A DNA stretch of 52,422 nucleotides from Candidatus Woesearchaeota archaeon (GTDB taxonomy: Archaea > Nanobdellota > Nanobdellia > Woesearchaeales > B54-G15): contig QMQQ01000001.1 of NCBI GenBank assembly GCA_003648985.1, forward strand, positions 1 to 52,422, written 5' to 3'. Under the pieces are notes generated by a model that saw only the letters and a list, made by a program, of their open reading frames with translations, had not been told where the DNA came from and did no database searches. Positions 16,747 through 27,442 of this stretch are shown here, one piece after another. Position numbers and translations under genes: made by a program. Each line of letters starts with the position of its first letter. Positions within the stretch are counted from its first letter, which is position 1.

Positions 16747-17742
16747 TTATCGCCAAATTACTTCAACTTGATCTGTTCTCCAGTAGGGCTTTATATCTAT
16801 AGTTTCAAGATCAGCGGATTTACCAGCTTTGTGCTCAAGAATTCCTTGCCATGCGATCATTGCTGCATTGTCTACAAGCAAAGAATTTGGTGGAATGAAA
16901 CATTTTGCGTTTCTTGCTTTGCACATCTTTATTGCCATTTCCTGTAAACGTTTATTGCAGCAGACACCGCCGCCGAGAAGAAGTTCATCTTTATCGCAAT
17001 GAGCCATAGCTCTTTCTGCTGTTTCTACAAGCATGGCAAAGACTGTTTCCTGTGCTGAATAAGCGAGGTCTTCTTTTCTGTATTTTCCAGATGCGATTTT
17101 CTGCTTAAGGTTTGTTAAGATTCCACCAAGGGTTATGTCCATTCCTTTAACGCAGTAAGGCAATGGAACGTACTGCTTTCCTTTTTTTGCAAGCGCTTCT
17201 ATTTTCGGTCCTCCTGGAAATCCTATACCAAGAGCTCTTGCAAATTGGTCAAGAAAGTTTCCTGCGCCAATATCACGGGTTTCTCCAAAAATTCTGTACT
17301 TTCCGCCCTCGTAAGCAATGACTTGAGTGTTGACGCCAGAAACATAAAGCAGAACAGGATCTACTGACGCAGTAACGAGATTTCCTATTTCAAGGTGAGC
17401 TATGCAATGATTTACGCCGACTAATGGGATAGAAAGCTTTTTTGAAAGTTCTTTTGCATAGCGCATTCCAATAAGTAAAGCCGGAGCCAAGCCAGGACCT
17501 TGGCTAACGCTGATAAGATTCATTTGGCTTAGCTTGACATTTGCTTTTTCAAGCGCTGATTTTAAAACTTGATCTTTCCATTGTTCGTGATGTCTTGCTA
17601 CTTCATTTGGAATCATGCCTCCTTGCTCTGTTGTAAAAACGTGTTTTTCATTTGATAGAATTTCTCCTGAGAAGCTAACTACTGAAATTCCGAAAGTATG
17701 GGCTGTTGTTTCTATACCTAGACAAAATTTCTGTTCTCGCAT
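16747..17742 (-). CDS. kae1: tRNA N6-adenosine threonylcarbamoyltransferase Kae1
   Basis: CLGIETTAHTFGISVV, the VNHCIAHLEIG His motif, and GGGVCCNKRLQEM. ASKHA fold, 331 aa, no fused Bud32 domain. Confidence 0.92.
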   Translation of the reverse strand: MREQKFCLGIETTAHTFGISVVSFSGEILSNEKHVFTTEQGGMIPNEVARHHEQWKDQVLKSALEKANVKLSQMNLISVSQGPGLAPALLIGMRYAKELSKKLSIPLVGVNHCIAHLEIGNLVTASVDPVLLYVSGVNTQVIAYEGGKYRIFGETRDIGAGNFLDQFARALGIGFPGGPKIEALAKKGKQYVPLPYCVKGMDITLGGILTNLKQKIASGKYRKEDLAYSAQETVFAMLVETAERAMAHCDKDELLLGGGVCCNKRLQEMAIKMCKARNAKCFIPPNSLLVDNAAMIAWQGILEHKAGKSADLETIDIKPYWRTDQVEVIWR

Positions 17743-17765
17743 AGTTTTTGTTTTCTGCTTTTCTA

Positions 17766-18119
17766 TTAAAGCTTTTCGACGAAATATCTTAAGAAATATC
17801 CATTACGTTCGCTTGGTAAGAAATAAATTCTATAAGTTAGTTTAGAAGCAAGTCCTTCGAAGATAATTCTGCCAAGTTTTTGTTTTTGCATTGCATTTGC
17901 GAGTGCTGGATTATCGCCTTTAAAATGGTTATGCAGCACTTCATGATAGCTTACAAGTTCAAAAGCTCCTTGTTCGATTAATCTTTCAAGTTCTGTTTCT
18001 GGAATTCTTGAGCGATAGCCCATTAAGTTCAAATCAAAAGATGTTACATAAGTAAAACCTCTTTCAGAGAGAACTTGAATAGCTTTTGAAATCGTTATGT
18101 ATTCTGTTTGGTTTTTCAT
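17766..18119 (-). CDS. Hypothetical protein (117 aa)
   Basis: ORF with normal composition, tightly packed between kae1 and the next gene. No family recognised. Confidence 0.45.
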   Translation of the reverse strand: MKNQTEYITISKAIQVLSERGFTYVTSFDLNLMGYRSRIPETELERLIEQGAFELVSYHEVLHNHFKGDNPALANAMQKQKLGRIIFEGLASKLTYRIYFLPSERNGYFLRYFVEKL

Positions 18120-18127
18120 CTTTAAGC

Positions 18128-18988
18128 TTATAAATTTTCAAGCAAGTGTTCTTTATGGTAGAAAAGACTTCTTACAAACCAGTAGAAAGCATACATCTCA
18201 AGTGCAAATGGAAGGTATCCTAAATAACCAAGAATAGGCATTTCAAAGATTTTTAGAAAACCCACATATGGAACTGAATATTTCCACTTTATAAAAGGAG
18301 AAAGATAGTTCCAGAATTCCCATAAAAAGCCCACGCAAATTCCTGCAAAAAATAAAAGGAGCAAACTTCTAAAGTTTCCTTCTTTAATATGGCGTATTAC
18401 GCTTGGTTGATGATGCAAGTAGTTTATTGGATCGAGAATAAAAAAGAAACCAAGCCATACGAAAGGATAGCATATTTTTGGAAACAGAAAAACAGAGAAT
18501 AAAAATACTATTCCGACGATTGCCATCAAAAAGAGAAGTCTCTTTGAAATTTTATGATGTTTTTTGAGATGGATGTTTTTGAAAAGATGAAGTGTTTTAA
18601 AGAGTTCAACAGTTTCAAAAAATGCGGGTATCACTGTGCTAAAAGAAATTAGACCGTACAGCGCTCTAACAGTTGCTGAATGAAAATAAGGTGAAGCTAT
18701 TTGGCTATGTAAGCCTACATAATTCCAGTTCTTGTTTCCAAAGAGATTTATAAATTCAAAAATCCACCATAGCAGTTGACTTACGAAGACCATTCCAAGG
18801 AAAGAATAGAAGTGATTTGCGATAAGGCTTTTTCTTCTAAGTTTGTAGATAATTGAGTCTATTAAAAGAATGTATCCATACCAGACTATTGGAAAATAGA
18901 ATAAAGATACTGGTGCAAATTTAAAGAAGAAACTCAAATGAACTAAGAGTATCATCAATATGCCGATTAAGCCATACCATTTGAACAT
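18128..18988 (-). CDS. Polytopic membrane protein, unknown function
   Basis: 286 aa with about 8 hydrophobic, aromatic-rich (W/F/Y) segments. No family recognised. Confidence 0.55.
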   Translation of the reverse strand: MFKWYGLIGILMILLVHLSFFFKFAPVSLFYFPIVWYGYILLIDSIIYKLRRKSLIANHFYSFLGMVFVSQLLWWIFEFINLFGNKNWNYVGLHSQIASPYFHSATVRALYGLISFSTVIPAFFETVELFKTLHLFKNIHLKKHHKISKRLLFLMAIVGIVFLFSVFLFPKICYPFVWLGFFFILDPINYLHHQPSVIRHIKEGNFRSLLLLFFAGICVGFLWEFWNYLSPFIKWKYSVPYVGFLKIFEMPILGYLGYLPFALEMYAFYWFVRSLFYHKEHLLENL

Positions 18989-19204
18989 AAAAAAGAGTTT
19001 TCTTATAAGATTAAAAAATTTGCGATAAGTAAAATGTTGTTTCTATTATTTATAGTATTCTTCTCGTATAATCTAAGATAAGTTTATCAATCGTAGGAAC
19101 TGCTTTTCTCGTACCCTTTTTAATATGAGGAACGGCTATCTAATTTTGAGAAGTCTGTTTTATTTACTTCTTGGATAGAGTTCGGTCTTGCGTTCATTTC
19201 TCTA

Positions 19205-19222
19205 TATTTGAAAAAAAGAAAA
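19205..19222 (-). terminator. Oligo-T tract downstream of 23S processing stem (putative rRNA operon terminator)
   Basis: The minus strand reads GGCTTTTCTTTTTTTCAAATATAGA immediately after the 3' half of the 23S processing helix. T-tracts are the usual archaeal termination signal. Confidence 0.4.
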
Positions 19223-20193
19223 GCCATGCATAAGTAGAGGCTTGGGCTGTTGGGAGCTGCATGCTGAACGCCTCGCCGAAGCTCGGCGCTTACACATCAG
19301 CTCCATCAACCTCCTGTTTTAAGGAGGGCCCAAAAGGTGCCTCTTTTTGAGGAGGGCTTCGTCCTTAGATGCCTTCAGGACTTATCCCTATGGCGCGTGG
19401 CTGCCCGGATTTGCCCTGTCGGACATCCGGTAGACCAGAGGCGCCGAAAGCTCGTTCCTCTCGTACTAGAGCTTCCTTCCTCTCAGGCACCCAACATCCC
19501 CAGTAGATATCAAACAAACTGCCTCACAGCGTTCTGAACCCAGCTCATGATCCCTTTTGATCGGTGAACACCCGCACCCTTGGCTCCTTCTGCAGAGCCA
19601 GGATAGGAAAAGCCGACATCGAAGTAGCAAGCCGCGCCGTCGATGTGAGCTCTCGGGCGCGACGACTCAGTTATCCCCGGGGTAACTTTTTGGTCATCCC
19701 AGGGCCCCACCAAGGGGCACACTGAGGTTCGCTAGGCCAGCATTTCTGCCCTGCGTTCTATCTTAGTAAGAACACAGTCAGGCCAGCTTTTGCCCTTGCA
19801 CTCTACCCCGGATTTCTAACCCGGGTGAGCTGACCTTTGGGCCCCGCTGATATCTTTTCAGCGGGGTGCCGCCCCAGCCAAACTGTCCACCTACCGGTGT
19901 CCTTCCTTTCGGAAGTAAGCAGCACAAACAGTGAAGGGTGGTGTTACATTGGCGCCTAAGATGCTGTCCAAAAACAGCATCCTCAAACAGCTCCCACCTA
20001 CACTATGCAACACTGCTTGCACTGCAGCGGCAGGCTACAGTAAAGTTCCACGGGGTCTTCGCTTCCCACTGGGGATCCCAGGCATTTGCACCTGGCAGGG
20101 TGTTCGGCGGGATCCGGCTTGGGACAGTGGCGACCTCGTTACGTCCTTCATGCAGGCCGGCATTCAACCGGCAAGGCATTTCGCTACCTTAAG

Positions 20194-20907
20194 CAGCTCG
20201 TAAGAGCCGGACCGTATCTTCATCTCCTTCATTAATCAGGAGATGCCCGGCGTACGGTCTCTGAGGATCCCATCAGAGGAAAAATTTCCTTGAGTTTGTA
20301 ACGTCGTTGTTTACCTTCCATGTTCATTTTATATGCCAGCTTTACTAAACGTTCAAAACCCTCGCGTGTTCTATGTTCCTTTCTTTCCATAGCTAAAATA
20401 ATTTCTCTGAACTTCTGATAATCGTTCCATTTTACTATTGGTTTATATTTGTCAAGGAAGTTAATTAATTTCTCTTTAAGTAATCTTCTGTTATCGATGA
20501 CAAACACTAAAAGATTTTTTTGGCCTGATTTTTCAATTATCCTTCCTGCATTTAGTGTTTTCTTCAGCAATTCTAGAACCACCCTGTTTTGTTTATGCTG
20601 TGTCAATGTAAATACTGGATCTAACACGTAACCGAATTTCGCTGTCTTTAGTTTTTTAATGCTTACTGAAAAGCAACCTTCTGCGTCTATGAATCCCAAC
20701 AAATAATATCTTAGGTATTTTCCTCTTTTTGGGATTCTGCTAAGCTCTATTATTCCATTATACTCCCATAAAGGCATTTTTCCACCTCCGATGGTTTCCT
20801 GCTGATTGTCATCATCGCTTCAGAATTTTTTCCTTGCTCAGGATTCTGAAGCTCAAACTTCCCAGCATATAGCCGGGTTTTACAACTCCCTTAGCCGCAT
20901 TTGGCTG
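20194..20907 (-). mobile_element. Group I-type intron in 23S rRNA (helix 69/70 region, near E. coli position about 1925), carrying a homing-endonuclease ORF
   Basis: The exons rejoin to the conserved GGGAGUAACUAUAACUCUC/UUAAGGUAGCGAAAUGCC. The U-1/omegaG boundaries, P1, P10 and the P3, P7-P3'-P8-P7'-P9 order are readable; see findings. Confidence 0.7.
20232..20777 (-). CDS. LAGLIDADG homing endonuclease (single-motif, I-CreI-like architecture), intron-encoded
   Basis: YYLLGFIDAEGCFSVSI is a single LAGLIDADG motif in a 181-aa protein. The ORF is AT-rich and embedded in GC-rich rRNA. Its last 9 codons run into the intron core helices. Confidence 0.9.
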   Translation of the reverse strand: MPLWEYNGIIELSRIPKRGKYLRYYLLGFIDAEGCFSVSIKKLKTAKFGYVLDPVFTLTQHKQNRVVLELLKKTLNAGRIIEKSGQKNLLVFVIDNRRLLKEKLINFLDKYKPIVKWNDYQKFREIILAMERKEHRTREGFERLVKLAYKMNMEGKQRRYKLKEIFPLMGSSETVRRASPD

Positions 20908-21726
20908 AGAGTTATAGTTACTCCCGCCGTTTACCGGTCCTTAACCTCCTTGGACAGAGGGTTCGGATACCGGCACCGGGCAGGCGTCACCGACCATACA
21001 CACCTTTGCAGGCTTGCGGTCGGATGCGTTTTTGTTAAACAGTCGGGCCACCCTTGTCACTGCGCCCTGCTTTCGCATCTCGGGGACACGAAAGCAGGGA
21101 CCCCTTCTACCGAAGATACAGGGCTAATTTGCCGATTTCCCTAAGCCGGATTAACCCTTCACGCCTTAGCCTTCTCAGCTAGGGGCACCTGTGCTGGTTC
21201 TGGGTACGGTTGCCGAGGATTTTTTCTTGCTCCTTTTTCAGGGGCTCCAGGAATCAGCTGAATCCTGCATAACAGGACTATTCCCAGGTTTACTCTGGTT
21301 CTCTGCATTACGCAACTCCCCAGAGTTATCCTGGTTAACATAGCAGACAAGCTATGTCAGCTTAACCTGAAGCGTCAGGAGCAAGACTTGCGTTGCCGCG
21401 CATACCTCGGCAGTAGGCGAATGTTAACGCCTTTCCCTTTCCCTGCTGTCCTGTTAGGAAGCAGGTTAGGACCGACTAACCCTTGGCTGATCGGCATTGC
21501 CAAGGAACCCTTGCCCTTTCGGCGGTGCCGATTCTCACGGCACTAAGATCCTACTACCGCCAGGATTCTCATTCCTACGAGGTCCACTCTCTCTTGCGAG
21601 AAAGCTTCTGCCCTCGCAGGACGCCCGCCTACCACACAGCCGAAGCTGATCTGCAGTATCGGTGACCAGCTTAACCCCGTCCATTTTCGGGACCCGCGAC
21701 CTCGACGGGTAAGCTGTTACGCACTT

Positions 21727-21758
<32 letters not shown>

Positions 21759-22384
21759 CCGCTGTCTCAGGCCGCGGACACCCTTCACCCTTTAATACTT
21801 AGCTGGCACTTTGGGACCTTAACTGCAGTCTGGGTTGTTCCCCTCTCGGAGCTCAAGTTTACCCCGAGCCCCTGTTTCCTTGCTTCTACGGTGCTGAAGC
21901 ATTCGGAGTTGGACAAGGAGGCGATCCTTTGCAGAACCCACACTCCCAATCCGTAGCTCTACCACTTCAGCTACCTCTGCAAGGACTTGACTACGGCCAA
22001 TTTCGGCGGGAACCAGCTATCACCAGGCTCGATTGGCTTTTTACCCCTACTCCCAGGTCATCCGAACGCTTGCCCGCAGCACCGGTTCGGACCTTCACCT
22101 TCTGCTAAGAAGGCTTCATCCTACCCAGGAGTAGATCGCCCGGTTTCGGGTCGTAGCTGAGTGACTTGAGGCCCTTTCAAACCTCGCCCCTTGCAGCAAA
22201 AGCTGCTGCGGGCTTTTTGCTTTCGCTATGGGTATTGTCTGCACAAGACATTACCCTCGCCACTCAACTACACTCCCTGGCCCGTTATTCGAAACGGACA
22301 GTGCAACTTCTCAGCAAAAGCTGAAAAGCCGCACCTTCCTGTTGCTGTTAGGTTTCAGGCTCTTTTCACTCTCCGGCAAGAGTT

Positions 22385-22422
<38 letters not shown>

Positions 22423-22981
22423 GCTCTATGAGTATTTAGGGTTGGATGTTGGTGGCACCCAGCTTCCTGCCTAGTATCCAGTAGACAGTACTCAGGAATT
22501 GCCCGACTTCTCTTTGAGTTACTCCTACGGGGCTTTCACCCTCTATGGCGTCCCATTCCAGGGAACTTCGGATTTCCCAAAGAGAAGCCATGCGGGCAAT
22601 CCACCACACCACATCGCTATTCGCATTGCTGCGAACAGCTTCGGTTTGCCCTGTGCCCCTTTCATTCGCCATTACTCAGGGCATCCCTGTTGGTTTCTTT
22701 TCCTGCCGGTACTAAGATGTTTCAATTCCCGGCGTTCCTGATCCTTTCGGATCATTCCTTAGCGGAATGCGAAGTCGCATTCAGGAATCCTCGGTTCTAA
22801 GCCTGCGTGCGGCTCGCCGAGGCTTATCGCAGCTTGCCACGCCCTTCATCAGCTATAGAGCCAAGCCATCCACCTAACAGCTTCTTGCCTCTACCTATGC
22901 ATGGCCTCATCAACATAATGTCTTGGCCCTTTGTTCAGGATTGCAAAATCCTGAACTGCATCTAAAGTAAAACAATGAATA

Positions 22982-23104
22982 TGGACCCGTCGGGATTTTC
23001 GGTAGAGCTTTCGAACCCGAGGCCTCCGCCTGTCTTGCCTGAGTAAGCAAGCTCTTGCCCGCAAATTGCAAGGGCGACGCTCTACCAGGCTGAGCTACGG
23101 GCCC
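22982..23104 (-). tRNA. tRNA-Ala(UGC) in the 16S-23S spacer, with two introns (35 nt at 37/38, 14 nt in the T-loop at about 59/60)
   Basis: The reverse complement reads GGGCCCG-TA-GCTC..GAGC-G-TCGCC-CTTGCA[35 nt]A-GGCGG-AGGCC-TCGGG-TTCGAA[14 nt]T-CCCGA-CGGGTCC-A. The G3:U70 Ala identity pair is present. The mature length is 74 nt. Confidence 0.85.
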
Positions 23105-23151
23105 ATAATTAGCGTGAAAAAGCGATGAGTGATAAGAGTGTTGTAAAATAA

Positions 23152-24633
<1,482 letters not shown>

Positions 24634-24824
24634 AGAGAACGGTCGCTTGTTGTTTTATCAGCGATAGCGAGCACCACTCCTATCACTCATCTTTTTTCTT
24701 GCCTAACCTGTGGTTAGACAAACATTAAGTACTAAAAGATTTGGAGGCGATTTTTTTCAGAATTCGAAGCAAACGCTTCTACTATATCGTTACGATATAG
24801 TATTCCTGCGTGAAAACGAACTCA

Positions 24825-24832
24825 TATTTAAA
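24825..24832 (-). promoter_or_regulatory. Candidate TATA box for the rRNA operon
   Basis: The minus strand reads AAAGTTTAAATATGAG, with TTTAAATA preceded by a purine-rich BRE-like AAAG. It lies about 190 nt upstream of the mature 16S 5' end and upstream of the 16S processing stem. Confidence 0.3.
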
Positions 24833-24923
24833 CTTTACGTTATTTTCGATTAATTTTTAGTCGAGAAATCTAAAGAAATTAGGAGAAAATTTAAATTTTT
24901 ATTAGAAAACCAAATCAAACAAT

Positions 24924-25877
24924 ATGGTGGCAGAAGAAGGATTTACTTTAGAAGATATTGTAGAACGAGAAGAGGTTGTTCTTCTTGATAGTTCTATATG
25001 CAATCTAAGATCTTTCTCAAGGGAATTTAAAAGTAGGGCGTTCAGATTTAATCCAGATTACGTTGCATCTGATTGCGATATGATCGAAGAGGTCTCTGCG
25101 ATTCTTGAAGAAGATAGATATAGACTAAGTAAGATAGTATACACTGTGGAAAAAGTTGTGGAGGAATTAAAGCAAACAGATGCAATGGTCCGTTCGAGAT
25201 TAAAAGAGATGAATAATAGAATAAAAATTGCTGAAAAAGAAAAGAGGAAATATCATGTGATCGATAAAGAAACTTACGATTTGCTAAGCAAACTTGCGTG
25301 GGAAATAAACAAGTTGGTGAGATCGCTAAAAAAAGTCTGTTACGAAAGTAAGATACAGGGAGAAGAAAAAAGAGTGTATAATTTATTCAATGAACTGATA
25401 AAGTTATTCGGTAAATATTTTAAACCTTTAAAACTAAAAAAGCAACGACAGAAGGGAATTGCTAGGCGGAAGAGAGATCAAGGTTCGCAAACTGACGAAT
25501 TACTTATTGCCACGGCATATCACATCGCTATGTTCAGAAAAAAGCGGACAGCAATAATAACTGAAGATACTGATTTTTTGTATCTTGTTGGGATTGGTCA
25601 CAGATTGTTAATGGCAGAAGATTTAGATTTCGAAAAAAGGGATTGTTTTAGACAAATTTTGAATGAATATCCCATTACAATTTATTCGCTTGCAGATACG
25701 GGTTCTTCAAGAAGGTTTTTGGATAGGTTGAAAATAAATGAAATAGTTCCAGCACAAGAATTTAGAATCTATACAATCCGAACAGACAATGGAAATGCAA
25801 ATGTAAAAATGTTTGTAGAGCGTATTTTAAATAGCATTACTAAAGTGCTTTGCTCCCCAATTCATCTTCATCTTTAG
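24924..25877 (+). CDS. PIN-like nuclease-fold protein with a large helical insertion
   Basis: The N-terminal VVLLDSSICN resembles PIN strand 1 (Asp). Later TDELLIATAYHIA and AIITEDTDFLYL resemble the third and fourth acidic PIN motifs. About 150 aa of K/E-rich helix lie in between. Confidence 0.45.
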   Translation: MVAEEGFTLEDIVEREEVVLLDSSICNLRSFSREFKSRAFRFNPDYVASDCDMIEEVSAILEEDRYRLSKIVYTVEKVVEELKQTDAMVRSRLKEMNNRIKIAEKEKRKYHVIDKETYDLLSKLAWEINKLVRSLKKVCYESKIQGEEKRVYNLFNELIKLFGKYFKPLKLKKQRQKGIARRKRDQGSQTDELLIATAYHIAMFRKKRTAIITEDTDFLYLVGIGHRLLMAEDLDFEKRDCFRQILNEYPITIYSLADTGSSRRFLDRLKINEIVPAQEFRIYTIRTDNGNANVKMFVERILNSITKVLCSPIHLHL

Positions 25878-25887
25878 AAAAATTTTT

Positions 25888-25911
25888 AAAATTTAACAAT
25901 TGTTAAATTTT
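25888..25911. promoter_or_regulatory. Perfect 24-bp palindrome overlapping the putative promoter/TSS of the HTH-iscS-iscU operon (candidate operator)
   Basis: AAAATTTAACAA|TTGTTAAATTTT is perfectly self-complementary and ends 2 nt before the ATG at 25914. The TTTTTAAA TATA-like element at 25883..25890 would give a leaderless or near-leaderless mRNA. Confidence 0.45.
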
Positions 25912-25913
25912 TC

Positions 25914-26294
25914 ATGATAAAATTGCCTTGTGAAGTCATGATCTGGGAGTTCCTGCCTGCATTGAGACGAGAATTAGTCAAGGCCCTGCTCGAAGAGGGC
26001 GTTTCGCGAAAGGAGATCGCTTCAATGCTTGGGATAACTGATTCTGCAATCAGTCAATACTTGAAGAAAAAGAGAGGAATGCATTTTAGATTCGGTGTTG
26101 ACATAAAGCAAAGAATTCAACAAATTGCGCGACACCTAAAGAATACGCCTGTAAAGAACAGGAGTGCCAGGCTTATAGCTGAAATCTGTAAGTTTTGTTT
26201 AATGTTGAAGCGGAAGAAGGTGCTATGTTCTTTGTGCTTAAAACAAAATCCTGAACTTAATAAAAACTGCAATGTGGTGAGGCGAATAAAATGA
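25914..26294 (+). CDS. HTH transcriptional regulator with C-terminal CxxC-x9-CxxC cluster
   Basis: LPCEVMIWEFLPALRRELVKALLEEGVSRKEIASMLGITDSAISQYLKKKRG is an archaeal COG2522-like HTH. The C-terminus carries CKFCLMLKRKKVLCSLC. There is a 4-nt overlap with iscS. Confidence 0.7.
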   Translation: MIKLPCEVMIWEFLPALRRELVKALLEEGVSRKEIASMLGITDSAISQYLKKKRGMHFRFGVDIKQRIQQIARHLKNTPVKNRSARLIAEICKFCLMLKRKKVLCSLCLKQNPELNKNCNVVRRIK

Positions 26295-27442
26295 GGAGAA
26301 TATATTTAGATAATGCTGCAACCACGCATGTCGCAAAAGAAGTTCTTGAAGCAATGATGCCCTATTTTAGTGAAAAGTTCGGAAATGCGTCGAGCTTGCA
26401 CAGCTTTGGCAGAGAAACAAGAGATGCTGTTGAAAATAGCAGGGAGAAGATTAGTAAAAAGTTGAATGCAAAAGAGCATAAAATAATCTTTACTAGTGGT
26501 GGAACAGAAGCAAACAATCTTGCATTGAAAGGTGTTGCCTTTGCAAACAGAGAAAAAGGAAAGCATATCATAACAACAAAGATCGAACATGACTGTGTTT
26601 TGAACGCATGCAAATGGCTTGAAAAAAATGGATTTGAAGTTACATATCTTAATGTTGATAAAGAAGGCTTTATAGATTTAAATGAGCTCGAAAACGCAAT
26701 AAGGAATGATACAATTATTGTTTCTATCATGCATGCAAATAATGAGATTGGAACAATAGCTGATTTAAAAGCAGTAGGAGAGATTTGCAAGGCAAAAGGT
26801 GTTTATTTTCATAGCGATACTTGTCAAAGTTTTTGTAAGGTTCCTATTGATTTAAAGTCATTTCCAGTTGATTTACTGACGATAAATGCGCATAAGATTT
26901 ATGGTCCAAAAGGTGTTGGTGCATTAGTTATTGGAGAAGGAGTGAAAATTGATCCTTTGCTTCATGGGGGAGGTCATGAACTTGGTTTAAGAAGTGGAAC
27001 CGAAAATGTTCCTGGTATAGTAGGATTTGCAAAAGCAATTGATGTTATAAAAGAAAAGGATATTGAACATATGAAAAGATTGAGTGATAAGCTAATAGAA
27101 GGATTTTCAGCAATAGAGGAAAGCTGGTTGAATGGTCCTAAAGGAGATAAACGATTATGCAACAATGTTAATTTCACTTTTAGGTTTATAGAAGGAGAAT
27201 CTTTGTTGCTTTATCTTGATTCAAAAGGAATAGCAGCATCAACTGGATCTGCTTGTTCAACTCGAGCTGTTGAGCCGAGTCATGTATTAACAGCAATCGG
27301 TTTAAGTGCTGCGGATGCACATGGAAGTCTAAGATTCTCGGTGGGAAAAGATAATACAGAAGACGAAATTAAATATGTAATTGATGTTGTTAAAGAAAGT
27401 GTTGAAAGTTTGAGAAAGATCAGTCCTTTGACTAAAAAATGA
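26291..27442 (+). CDS. iscS: Cysteine desulfurase (IscS/NifS class)
   Basis: IFTSGGTEANN, the PLP lysine in INAHKIYGPKG, and the active-site loop STGSACSTR. 383 aa. Confidence 0.93.
   Translation: MRRIYLDNAATTHVAKEVLEAMMPYFSEKFGNASSLHSFGRETRDAVENSREKISKKLNAKEHKIIFTSGGTEANNLALKGVAFANREKGKHIITTKIEHDCVLNACKWLEKNGFEVTYLNVDKEGFIDLNELENAIRNDTIIVSIMHANNEIGTIADLKAVGEICKAKGVYFHSDTCQSFCKVPIDLKSFPVDLLTINAHKIYGPKGVGALVIGEGVKIDPLLHGGGHELGLRSGTENVPGIVGFAKAIDVIKEKDIEHMKRLSDKLIEGFSAIEESWLNGPKGDKRLCNNVNFTFRFIEGESLLLYLDSKGIAASTGSACSTRAVEPSHVLTAIGLSAADAHGSLRFSVGKDNTEDEIKYVIDVVKESVESLRKISPLTKK

Noticed and set aside
19020-19240. Search for a 5S rRNA gene, or another RNA or small ORF, distal to the 23S
   Set aside because: The region is AT-rich with no 5S-like GC-rich helices. 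Only trivial ORFs of 16-25 codons are present. The 5S gene is presumably unlinked.
20193-20906. Interpretation of the 23S intron as a standard archaeal bulge-helix-bulge intron
   Set aside because: I tried to pair the last exon-1 nt with the intron 3' end in the required 4-bp helix with 3-nt bulges. I found only a CAGC/GCTG pairing that straddles the cut sites instead of lying between two bulges. In contrast, the P1/P10/P3/P7/P8/P9 group I pairings fall out cleanly. This remains to be confirmed computationally.
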